Assembly (NCBI RefSeq): GCF_037392515.1
Contig: NC_090294.1
Span: forward strand, 7,457,870-7,521,869
DNA length: 64,000 nt
Origin: Haliotis asinina
Taxonomy: Eukaryota
Reading direction: 5' to 3'
Shown here: one piece after another, positions 25,451-36,875 of the stretch
Position numbering within the stretch: the stretch's first letter is position 1
Layout: the number at the start of each line of letters is the position of its first letter
Notes under the pieces: model-generated
Databases searched by the model: none
What the model was told of the DNA's origin: nothing
What the model saw: the letters and a program-made list of their open reading frames with translations, nothing else
Program-made: the position numbers and the translations under genes

Positions 25451-27589
25451 ATGGACCGTGTTGTACAACGCTGTGTCTTGTGTGGACTTGTGTGGGCGTT
25501 CTAGTAAGCTGGTTGGGCATTTCTTGGTCTTTCTGCAGGGTGTAGACTCTGACTTGGGAGTGGAACCAGACATGTCAAGGATGATGCTGGCCCGTTTCCT
25601 GTCGGTTGTACTGGGGCAATGTTGATGTCTGTCCTCCTTGGCGTCTCTTTTTGTTTCTCATCATCGGTGATGTTAGGCGTTTGTCCTGCGGTTTCTGTGG
25701 AGAGGTTTAGTTTGACAGCGAACTGTTACAATTTTAACATTTTGTTTCATAGAAAACCTGCAATCCCGATCTCCATGTTACTAATGCTAAACGTCAAAAT
25801 ACAATCAATATGAAATAACCAAACACCGCATGTATTTGAATAATACCGCATCTGCATAAGACATGTCTGTTACATTCCGTGTATACACTCACTTTAAAAG
25901 TCACCCTGGCATTTTTCTCCTCACAGAGCGGGAATAAGAAATGCACACCGAACATGACGTTCATGGACTTTAAGTGACAGCATTGAGATGGGCTTTATAA
26001 TCTCTGTATAATATATTTGATCAGATAACTAATATTCCGTGTACACTATTGTCATAGTGTACGGTCCCGGCTGACCTGTTTAATCTCTTTCTGGGAAATT
26101 TGACATCTGGTGCGACCGCCTACTTTCAGTAGCCAATACTGATTATCATAGCTATTTTGCTCTTTACTCCAAATCAACTCGTTGTATTGGATAATAAAGA
26201 CGACGATCGAGGATGTAATTTATTCATGAAAAACTGTTATTTGATATTATTAGTTACCTTGACATAATATGAGTGCAACATATATGTTCATCCCTCGTAG
26301 GCCTTCCGCTAAACAGCATTTGTTGCTAATTAAAACAACATAATAGAATGCAGTGAAAAGCAAAGATATTCCTATTCTGTATCTCCTCTGAAACATATAC
26401 ATTTATGCAAATAGATTTGGATGCTTTATATCACTTGAACAAATGTTGAACTGATACGTGAACTGAATCGTCACATCCGAGATTGCATGTGGAACTACAG
26501 CCCCTAAAGTTGTATATTATATTGTTAACATTTACAAACTCGTGTACCCAAATCAAAAGATCAGTCGACGTACTTCGAAAAAATCATACTCCACTTAATC
26601 TATGGAGGACATTGACAGAAGTCACGAAAGAAACTAATATAGACGGGACGCACGAAGACGTCGAAGATATAGGTAATATTAACGGTTCTTTTTTGTTTGT
26701 TAATCCTGTGTATAGTATATTTCTGTCAGCATTGTAATATGGACATGACGGTGGCCTGTAAACAGCAAGTCTTAGCCAATGTATAAGCGTCTGTTATCCA
26801 GTGGAGCCACTAACGATATCGCTTTACGTTTGCACACAGGGAATAGCCTCTAGGGAACGATAGCTTTAGTTAAGATTCTCACCTGTTTCACAAACGCTCT
26901 GGTTTTAAGTTTTGGATGGGCCGTCATAGTGAGGGCTCTTCAGAAAACAAAAGATAATGGAATATGAAGAGATATAATAGCTTTTTGTTTTCAGTATTAT
27001 ATATTCTTGATAAGAGTTCGATACTCACCATCATGTTAGAGAGAGTTAGTTGCTAGCTAAAATATAAGAAACGAGTGGTTGTTTATCTAGTACCACAGAG
27101 AGCTAGTGAATTATTCCAGTATTCAAGAGAGTTGGTTAGTTGTTACTTAATAAAGAGGGGTTTTGCATATTATGTAGAGAGATTGTTAATTGTGTTAGTG
27201 TTGATTGCTTACTTTATCGTTGATGGAGATTAGTAATAATGGATCACAAGGGACAGTTATTGTGTAATAATATTTTCATATGTATGAAACAATATTGACT
27301 TCCTTTATCATATCAGTGAGCTGACTGTCAACTGTTTCATTATAAAAATACCGGACCTACAATAGTCCACGTTTTTAAGTAGCTACACAGCCAAACTGAT
27401 TCCAATATTAAAAGGTTTTTCACTGTTTATCTGTAAGAAACGAAACCCGGACACATACTATTATGTAAATGCAATCAGTCATGCCATTATTGCCTCCTGT
27501 TATATGCACAGTCCGGTATCGTGTTTAGACACACATGACACTTTCGAGTCATGTGCAAGTATTGTGGATACAGTGGGTGCAGTAAACAA

Positions 27590-27720
27590 TACCTTTTCAC
27601 GTCTTTGAAACTTCTTTATTGCAATGGGTGCGACGTTTCGATGTTATCACACTCGATGTGATAACGATGTTAGTACCTACACCAAAACATCACATCCATT
27701 GCAATAAAGAAGTTGACTGT
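27590..27720. repeat. Nested palindrome / hairpin: 17-bp perfect inverted repeat (cttctttattgcaatgg … ccattgcaataaagaag) enclosing a second palindrome (gttatcacactcgatgtgataac)
   Basis: Read directly from the sequence. It could be a MITE-like foldback or a structural element. Confidence 0.6.
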
Positions 27721-27980
27721 ACATAGAACTTGGTTTTCCTTCAGTACCTTTCCAAGTTGAAATATGCAATACTACGAGAATGCTTATGTGGACTTACGTA
27801 TGAAAGAATTTATTGATTGTAAACTGTTTATGATCGTGTTGCTATTGAATGGAGAAACAACTGGGTCCGTAGTGTTTTTAAAACGGTAGTGCTATACGTG
27901 ACACTACTCCACTTGCTACCAATGTGTCAGGCAATACCATTTCACATGTTTCAGAGGTCAGCCTATGTTATCCGATCGTC

Positions 27981-28127
27981 ATGACTGGAAAGGAACGAGT
28001 CAAAAATTGCCAAGAGCTGGGTATTGACAGAGAGGCAGAGAAGCTGGCTGAGAAAGAGGATGAACCACTGTACTATACTCTGACTCAAAACCCGCCGTGT
28101 ATGATAACGTTGAGTGCTGCCTTGCAG
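27981..28127 (+). CDS. SLC23-family (SVCT / nucleobase-ascorbate transporter-like) first coding exon (MTGKERVKNCQELGIDREAEKLAEKEDEPLYYTLTQNPPCMITLSAALQ)
   Basis: The exon begins at acceptor 27953-54 (tttcag|ag) with ATG at 27981, and the donor is cag|gtatgt at 28128. EPLYYTLTQNPPCMITLSAALQ aligns to SVCT [21 protein letters not shown]. The phase-0 end matches the next exon at 41523. A paralogous copy of the exon lies at 63679. Confidence 0.7.
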
Positions 28128-28159
28128 GTATGTGGTCTTGTTGAAATCATCATCAGTCG

Positions 28160-28435
28160 ATGGTTGGGTGGGTTGTTGTTTGACACGGAGCAATGTTCCA
28201 GTTATATGACGGCGGTCTGTAAGAATCGAGTCTGGAACAAACAACCCAGTAATCAAAAGCATAAGCATCGATCTACGCAACTGGGATAAGATGACATGTG
28301 CCAACGGGTTAACGAAATCAGCGAGCCTGACCACCCGATCCCGTTAGCCGCCTCTTACGACGAGCAAAGTCGATTTCTTGTGGCAAGCATGGGTTGCTGA
28401 AGGCCTATTCTACCCCGGACCTTCACGTATCTCAG
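28160..28435 (-). mobile_element. SINE family A copy (intronic)
   Basis: ttccagttatatgacggcggtctgtaagaatcgagtctggaacaaac…gcgagcctgaccacccgatcccgttagccgcctcttacgacgagcaaag…ggcaagcatgggttgctgaaggcctattctaccccggacc. Confidence 0.7.
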
Positions 28436-29210
28436 GGCATGACGTGATATAAGGGTCAAAGTGGTGTGTTGGATAAGGATGGGTAACTGAAGACCAATTC
28501 TAACCCGAATCTTTACGGGTCCATTAATTATCACTCACTGAAAAAAAATAACACCAAACTTTAAATTCGTGCAGATGCCTGAACGATATCAGGTGGTGTG
28601 GCTGTGTAACGTTGCTCAATGTGAGTCATCGTGTACGACAACAGATTATAATATCGACGTCTCTGGCGTCCCAGATCGGTTTTATAGAGCACCGCGATGT
28701 AAGTATTTTGATGTTGTTAATACAAGGACACAGAACTGATACTCGTATCAACAGGGTTTATTGTATATACACCTTAGGAGGGTGTCCTCTCACTTAGCCA
28801 GATTCCGTCAAAACAGGTCTCTCACATAGAGTAGGAGTTGGCTTAGGGTTAGTGTTTGACAACACTTAGTCCAGATGAACCATAATCTGTATCAACACTC
28901 AGTGAGATTAGTTCAACGTGTATTAAAGTGAGACACATGTACATTGAAATGATATTATTTGAATTTTGGGGGGAGGATTTCAGGAAATGCTCAATTAGTG
29001 ATATTAGAGACATTCTTTCAACTAGTTCAAGATTATTTATGTAAAAATAATTATAATTCCTTGCACCAAAATTTAGGGCTCTGGTTTCAAAAAGATGCAA
29101 ATTGGGCTGCACAGATAAATTCTATACTTGTTTCGCCAAAGATAAATTGTTGAAGGAGTTAGGAATACTAATTATTCAGAAAGATCATTTTCACCCAGTA
29201 CTACTGAGTA

Positions 29211-29560
29211 GGGAAAAATTAATCTGTCATACACAGACAAGAGCATTCCTGAACCAAACAAAAGCATTCCTTAGGAGCACAAAAAAAATTCCTTAAGGAG
29301 CGTAGGAGCAGCCTTAGGGGTCAAAAGAAATTCCTATAGGAGCGTAGGAGCAACCGTAGGGGTCAAAAGAAATTCCTATAGGAGCGTAGGAGCAACCTTA
29401 GGGGTCAAAGGAAATTCCTATAGGAACGTAGGAGCAACCTTAGGGGTCAAAAGAAATTATTATATGTGCTCCCAGGTGCATACAGGTTCGCTATCTCACA
29501 TTCCATAGGTGTCACATTTAGACAATACACATTTCTTCTATACAATATCAAATTCTTATA
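29211..29560. repeat. Polinton left TIR with 4 copies of a ~42-bp subterminal repeat (ccttaggggtcaaaagaaattcctataggagcgtaggagcaa)
   Basis: Reverse-complement match to 39620-39830, and the tandem copies at 29267-29452 are visible. Confidence 0.8.
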
Positions 29561-32402
29561 GTTTTCTTTGTTTTATATTATAAACAAATATAAACTATTC
29601 AAGTTGTTTTACACTCCATTTAATCATGTTCACTTCAAAACAGTTTTACATGTAGACAAGAGACACGTAATTATGCGGTGAAAGGGTTAATCGCACTTAT
29701 TCACCACATGCGACAAACTCTCCAGTGTACACTCGAACACCATGTTTACATAACAATAAAATGTAGGTCGCCTCATCCCGCTTCGCGTTTCATACACAGT
29801 ATAGTTATAATCTACCTCCCTAGTAGTGCATGAAATTCAAACACAAAGTACTAGTATACTACAACAGTGAGTTGAATTCAAGTCATAATGTAGGATATCT
29901 CGTCTTGCATACTCATACTTAGAACAGTTTACTAGAACAGTGAGGTAAATTCAGCATTAATCATTCAGTTTGATTTACACTCCTAGTCGTGCTTATTTAA
30001 CACAGCCAAGTACATTCAAACCCCATGCTGTCATCACATGCTTTCATAACGTATATAATGAAAATCGCTTTGTCACTCATACAGAGTATCGTTATATAAT
30101 GTTTGCTTGCTAGCAGTTCAAACATCCATTTTTAGAACTCTTAAACTGGGTCAGCTGACTCTATGTATATATTTTTCAAAAGTAGACTGCAAAGTAAATA
30201 GGGTCTATGCGATACAGGGAGTGAATTGAAAGAAGTGTAAATATCCGATAATTACTGAACCGAAAACGATACTTGCAAAGTCCTTGACATTGATAAAAAG
30301 TTCATCACTTTTAGTTACTGCTTTCATAGAAAAGAAAACAAATGATTGTTGCTTAATAAACATATTATAATTTTACCCACATTGAATGCAAACATAGGCA
30401 TGACAAATCCAGCATCAATACCAAAAATCTCATTCTCTTTATCCAATCAATCCAGTCACTGCAGATCAAATCCCTTTTCGTGGACGAACAAGTATGTACT
30501 TGTAGAAAAACAATCAGATAAAAGATAATAGCAGTTATGTTGTTTTACTCAACTAAAAACCACAGTGACAAGAGAAAGAGAGATTCATCAGCTTGTGTGA
30601 ACCAGCAGGCAATGTCAGCTTGGTATTGAAATGTTATCATAAAGTATACAAGCTTATGATAACGTATCCTGTTAACTTAATGTTCACATGACTATTATAA
30701 TGAAACAACCATAACTGAGAGATGATATAACAAAATGTAGAAAGTAGAAACCCTTTTGTTCTTCCCATCTTTAACAGAAAAATCGTCCTCCTGATGGGAA
30801 ACATCCATCTCCTCCTCCTGATGAGAACATTCCATTCCCTCCTCCTCATGGGAACATCCACGTCCCTCCTTCTCCTCCTCCTCCTAATAGACACACCAAC
30901 TCCCTCCTCTCTTGATGGGAACATCCACGTCCCTCCTTCTCCTCCTCCTCCTAACAGACACACCAACTCCCTCCTCTCTTGGTGGGAACATCCACCCTCT
31001 ACACACTTACATATGCATACTCTGAGGACTGAAGTAAACCTAAGTCTTTAAAGGTCACATGCAACCAAAACATCAAACATAATTAAACATATTTATCACT
31101 TATTCATGACATATAATATACATTGCTGCTTTTAAAAAAACGAATAAACAAAATTATAAGCGTACAATCGCGATTCAAAAGTGCAATATTTTGTACTTGG
31201 GCTTACTTCCCCCGAAACTAAGCCCTCGGGAGACCGAACCCAGTCGTAGCGGGTGGATCTGCACTCAAGTGTAACGACGGCTTCCGATTGGCTGTTTCAT
31301 TTGCTGATATGCTGAGGGTTCATTGTGTGTACAGAAAGATGATCTGTTTGATGGGCATTTTAGAACTTCTTCTATTGTACTTGATGCGTCGTTTCAGTAT
31401 GGATTCATATACTGTACATATACTGTCAAACAAAACATCATATACACTAAAAGAAGTTGTTATCCATGAAGAATGTATATTGAGATGTTAGGTTTTGAAA
31501 ATACATGTTCTCTGAATTTGAGCTCGATCCAATAAAAAATCATCTCAGTAGAGATGGCAAACTACTGCGTGGCTGGAATCTGTCATTCGTCCAACTACAA
31601 AGCAGGACTTGAAACTGACAAGAGTTTGCACCAGGTTCCGTCAGATCCACTCATCCGAAAAAAATGAATGTAGTTTGTTTGCAACCCACAGGCATAAGCA
31701 CATGTCATGTGTATCAGACCTGCCTAATTACATAATGTGGCAGAGACGGGAGTCGGATGCACGAGTCATACATCAGTTTATTTTCTTAATGTCGTATTGT
31801 CTGATAGGTGTTAAGTTCAAATTGCACGTGGTCAGTGATTGAAGCTGTGTACTGCATGTTGTCTTTAGCAGACAGGCAGGCAGACATATAGGTGTGAATA
31901 AACCAGACACTGAGCTTTCTCTGAGAGACTGCTTACCACAATCAACATGTTTTTTTACGTAACGAGTAGATTATTTACTTGTTTTTGTACACAACCAAGA
32001 TTAGTCTAATGCTCACAACCTCAGACTCCGGACATGCATACTGTTTCAAGCTCCGCGAACTTATTCACTGCACATGCGGTATGGACGCAGCGCAGCACAG
32101 CTGTTGCTCACTGGTATCTAGCAAAGAAACAGTTTTATGCTTTCCTGCTTAGAGAAAGGACATATTGTTGAACCATGAGGACAAATTCAACAAATGATAT
32201 ACTTGGACCTATATCATCACAGAGAAGAGCAAAATCATGTAAAAGAGCATCACTGATGAAAAGAAAAGACAATTTAATCTACAAGAAAAAGAAGAGGAAC
32301 ATGAGAGGCAAGATAGGAACAAAGCCTCCACAGAAAATACAGCACGAGCCAAAACTAAATTGAAATGAGCTCAACCAAAATTGATACATAACTAGATGGT
32401 TA

Positions 32403-32645
32403 GTGGGTATAAAAGACTGCTTCATACTCAAATACCTGCTCATTTCTACCATGGAAATGATCACCTGTCCTGAATGTGGTGAGACATTTACAAGAACCGA
32501 TAACCTACGGAGACATCTGAAGCAATTTCATAGGTCAACACAATTCTTAACTCCTCCGCCTACTCCTAATGGCAGCATAAACACTCCTCCTCCTGATCAG
32601 AACACTCAGCCTCCTCCTCCCCCTAAGAATGTATGCTCACAGTAA
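32403..32645 (+). CDS. Small ORF with a C2H2-type zinc-finger-like motif (CPECGETFTRTDNLRRHLKQFH) and a Pro-rich tail, inside the Polinton
   Basis: Cys2-His2 spacing is visible in the translation. Its function and authenticity are unknown. Confidence 0.3.
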   Translation: MGIKDCFILKYLLISTMEMITCPECGETFTRTDNLRRHLKQFHRSTQFLTPPPTPNGSINTPPPDQNTQPPPPPKNVCSQ

Positions 32646-32649
32646 AAGA

Positions 32650-33350
32650 AAGAATTCAAATTTGTAATTCCTTCAAATGTTCTTGTTGTTGGACCAAGCT
32701 GTTGTGGGAAATCAATGTTCACATATCATCTTCTACGAGATGGTTGGATTGAACCTCCCCCAGATCGTGTTGTTTGGTGTTATATGCAATGGCAACCCTT
32801 ATATCTATAACTATTTTTGAACAACTACCCCAAAAAGTTACTTTTGTCAAAGACCTACCCTATGATATCACTGATGAAAACTACTTTGATGCAAATTTGG
32901 GGAATGTTTTGGTATTGGACGATTTTTTTGGGTCAATCAAATGTTGACAAGAAAATATCTAAACTGTTCACTCAAACTTCTCATCATAAGAATTATGATT
33001 CTTCTTCTTGTTTGCAAGAGGACGAGAATCCAGAGACATTGCACTGGACGCTCATTATGTCACCCTGTTTTATTCACCAATTGACAAACAACAAATTAAA
33101 CTTTTTGCTCGTACAATCTTTCCTGAAAATATGGATTACTATTTGTCTATGTATGAAAAGATTACAGAAAAGCCATATGGTCAGCTTGTCATTGATTTAA
33201 AACATACCACAAAAGACAGGGACCGACTGCATGTGAACATCATTAAAGAAACAGATGAGGGAGCAAATGCTCAGTGTGAACGTGAACAGCCTAGGAAGCA
33301 GATCATTGTCAGTCTCAGTCAGCAAAACAAGAGCCTCATTTGATAAACCT
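32650..33350 (+). pseudogene. Polinton packaging ATPase (FtsK/HerA-A32/IVa2-like), frameshifted
   Basis: Walker A (VLVVGPSCCGKSMFTY) and Walker B (NVLVLDDFFG) are present. A C-terminal block …YVTLFYSPIDKQQIKLFARTIFPENMDYYLSMYEKITEKPYGQLVIDLKHTTKDRDRLHVNI… is also present. The pieces lie in at least two frames. Confidence 0.65.
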
Positions 33351-34559
33351 GTCCAGACAAGCAGCAAAACTGAAGAACATAGCAGAGCTGATCATTACCC
33401 CAATACAGAAACAGATTCAGACACGGATAGCGATACAGGTCCTTTCACTGTGGCTATTGCTTGTGATGACTGTGGAGTGTTGATGGATAATGTAATAGAT
33501 CTGCAGAACCACATCAAGACCTGGTGTCCTGTCAAAAACCATAAAGCAGTTAGGAAACGAACCAAATGGTCTGAAATCAAGAATGTCAGTGATGATGATG
33601 ACTGTGGGAAAATCAATTGACTAGCAGTCTAAACAGCTATATAGAATACACCCAATACTTTAAACAGGCCCCTCTGTTTCAAACGCTTCTAGACAGCCTA
33701 GAAGAAATGAATCCATCATCCAAAGTAAGATCAAATTCTTTCTTAAACCGAAAATGAAAGAGATAATGACTCGTATAGATATGCCGGACATGGAGAGTGA
33801 TGCTGAATCTGACATGGTTACACAGGAAGAACAGGAGGATGGTGATGATGACCAGAGTGAGCAAGAATGAAATGTATACGTGTTCAGGCTATTTTCTTTG
33901 TCAGTTGAATCCATGACATTGAAGGAGGAAGATGCAACCTAAACCTAGATCCAGTTTGATTCACATTTTGAAAAACATTCATAGCCGGAAATGGGGTCAT
34001 GTTAGACAAAGGATAAAGAAGATTTCACTCTATTTGAGTGGACTTGTAAAGCTGGGACCTCCTGGAGTGACATCATTACGATTTTATGACACAATTGCTA
34101 TTTGTACATGTTCATGTAATCAATGATTTTGTGTCTTTGGAAATCTATAAATATGCTTCATGTCAAGGTTTCAATAAAGTTTGAATGCAAGCTCTCCTTA
34201 TTTGTTTGTTTATCTTCTGTCAGGGTGTGTGTGCCCAACTCATTCTTTTTATCAATAATGAATTGAATTACACCCTCACCAACTAATGTATAGAAGAACA
34301 TAAAACAAACGCTAGACTTCAACCAAACTAATCTTTTATTTCTTTTTAAAAAACCTTTCTGTATATGTATACGATAATTGATACTTACATAAATACTTGT
34401 TGTCACATGGTTACACACTATGTATTATACTCAACCCATACACAAAGGCTAACAGTATTTAGAATAACAACAAATATATTAAGACATGACATAACAATCA
34501 ACAACATTAATAAAACTCCATCTTGATTTCAATTTGTTTTGTTATCTTGAGGTGCACCA

Positions 34560-34901
34560 ACCATCTATATGTAATCACAATGAGGAGACAACCTAAAATG
34601 TTGTCATGGGATCATCTTCTGGTATCCACTATGATGCACGAAGTTTACACTTGAAGCAGTACACTTTATCAGATTGTCCTGTATAAATAAATCCTGCTTC
34701 AGCCATGGATTTAGGTGACTGTTTCATCTGAATAGGCCAAGTCTTGAACGAAGCCAGTCTATCAGTAAACGTTTGTCCAAACTGTTTGGTAAAGGGAGAT
34801 ATTTCAACACAGTCAGCCACCACTTCATCATTAAGAAAATGTCCACACACATCCATGTTAGTAGATGTTTTCATGTCCAACCCCAGTTGAAAAATGATCA
34901 A
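34560..34901 (-). pseudogene. Decayed BIR (baculoviral IAP repeat) domain ORF inside the Polinton
   Basis: DRLASFKTWPIQMKQSPKSMAEAGFIYTGQSDKVYCFKCKL matches the BIR consensus R-L-x-T/S-F-x-x-WP…AGFYY-G-x-x-D-x-V-x-CF-x-C. The domain is cut by an in-frame stop, and the remainder (…WIPEDDPMTTF) is recognisable after the stop. Confidence 0.6.
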
Positions 34902-34923
34902 AGGTATGGCCTCAACTTTGGTT

Positions 34924-35310
34924 TTATTGAGTCAAGTACCCTATACATGACTCATCACTGAATATTGAAGTTCTCAAACGAGCATAATTTTCCATTGTAA
35001 ATGGGCTAACATCAATAAGTAAATAGCCATATCTTTTGACATCTATCATTTGACCAGGAAATTCTTTGCTGACAGGCTCAGCTAGGCCGTCAAACAGTTC
35101 CGATTTATTGCCTTTCAGATACATTGCAGTCCAATGTCGACCTTGTTTGCCTCTCACATCGGTATTAACAATAAGCCCAACACCTCTCATCAACATTGGA
35201 GATGTAAGCATAGGTAAAGTGTCTCTAGCATACACTCCTAAGACATGGTTTCTAAGCACAGGATCACACTGAATAGCACATAACAATTCAGTAGCTTTCA
35301 TCTTCTTCAC
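34924..35310 (-). CDS. Adenain-like (adenovirus-type / Ulp1-like) cysteine protease ORF of the Polinton, possibly chimeric at its C-terminus
   Basis: GVGLIVNTDVRGKQGRHWTAMYL…SELFDGL aligns to adenain AIVNTAGRETGGVHWMAF…YLFEPFG (catalytic His and Glu/Asp region). The C-terminal 30 aa resemble the ATPase C-terminus encoded on + at ~33150-33240. Confidence 0.5.
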   Translation of the reverse strand: MKKMKATELLCAIQCDPVLRNHVLGVYARDTLPMLTSPMLMRGVGLIVNTDVRGKQGRHWTAMYLKGNKSELFDGLAEPVSKEFPGQMIDVKRYGYLLIDVSPFTMENYARLRTSIFSDESCIGYLTQ

Positions 35311-35417
35311 TTGACATACACATTCCTGGCTTGGTCAATTTCTATGAGCGAGGTCCTTTCAGTCATGACAACACAACTCAGTGTTTTGGTTAAGGCAGCA
35401 TTGAACTGAATTTCTAG

Positions 35418-36810
35418 TCATACATTTCCCCGTCTTCCTAGACTGAGATGTTCAGTCCCAGTTTCATTCAGTTCGAACACAAAAAGGGCACTTCCCAGTA
35501 AACATACTTTTCTGCTGATGAAGTTCCCTTTACTTTCTCTCTTTACATTCTCACCATCAAATAGATTCAGATAGGTATCAACATCATCTGCACTGGATGC
35601 TCTCCCTGGACGACTGACACCATTTACATTCAGAGTAACCTTTTTGATCATACTCGACTGAAAGTTGTATGGGTTCTTCTGCAAAGAATCTGACATACTG
35701 CTGCTCTCAACAAACGCAACTGTGTATCGATGGGCAACAGGATTTGGGACATTCTCAATGGTAAATGATTCAGTAGGTACAGGAATAGTGGTAGATTTGA
35801 CTTCTGTGTTCACATAGGGATACAGTACATTGTTTGGTTTCCCGTTTGTTTTTTCTTAAAAAAATGTGTTATGAGCCAGAATTAAAGCTGGGTTCACTTT
35901 CAAATAATACACTTTAAGTGTTGCATCTAAAAGGCTTATTTTGTATGTAGTATTAGCAACTCCACTCATGAGACAAAACTGGGGATCTGTTCTATACAAG
36001 GTTACATTCAATTTTACTCCATTAATCAAATGTCGATCAATATTGAAAACATCTTCAAACAAATTCCCAACCATTGTCAACTCTTGACTTTTGACAATGA
36101 AGTCTCCACGTTTCAACAATCCTTGATTACCACCAGTAACAGCATCAGTTGATTCAATGTCGTCATTGTCTTCACCTGTATCTTATAGAACAAGTATGAT
36201 GTTAACTGAGAACTCTTGGCATCTGTTCCATAATTCAACAATGTCTTGAACATGCTTCTATAGGGATAGTGATTATTTACACTCGATACCAAATGATTTC
36301 GTAGGGAAACCGAAAGTTGGGAGAACAGCGACTGTAAAAACAAGTTGACAGTTCCCACCTCCTCATTCTCAGCCAGTGAAGATGATTTAGCATCATCATG
36401 CACCACTTTAAGTTTCACATGTAGTCTTGTTCTCTTCAAATCAATGTACTCACTACCCTATTTAGGGATAGCAAATTCCAATGGTGACGAGTCACTGATT
36501 TGGCTTAATGGACGTACATCGTTGAAATAGAACGCCTCTGTGGTCATTGCATAACTAGGAAGCGAAACAATGGAGTAAGAATCTGGGAGATATTCCGAAA
36601 AGTTGTCCCATTGTGTTAACTGAAAATATCGTTTCCTGCAACAGGTGTGCGCTTCAAACCTTTAACTGTCTTAGAGGCAGTAGTGTCTGTCTGATGTATC
36701 CTCTTGGAAGTGATGATCTGTTATCTTGCAGTTCTTTTTAAAGACGTGCGACGTCTCTCTTTGACATCTGCTTTCTCTACTCTGCTCTGCGTCTCTGATG
36801 ACATTTGCAA
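35418..36810 (-). pseudogene. Capsid-like / unknown Polinton ORF (~460 aa) broken by stops and a frameshift
   Basis: Collinear minus-strand ORF pieces (36808→36440 with 2 stops, then 36439-36113, 36119-35856, 35813-35418) lie between the integrase and the protease, where Polintons usually carry capsid genes. I cannot recall a diagnostic motif for them. Confidence 0.3.
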
Positions 36811-36875
36811 TACGTCTCAATACGTTAACTGAGCATCTCCTACCAATGAACTATCACACAAGTTGCACAGTATGT

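Noticed and set aside
30637-30966. Arg-rich 109-aa minus ORF (RRRRRRR…) in the Polinton interior
   Set aside because: It is the translation of a CT-rich duplicated simple-sequence block and has no domain.
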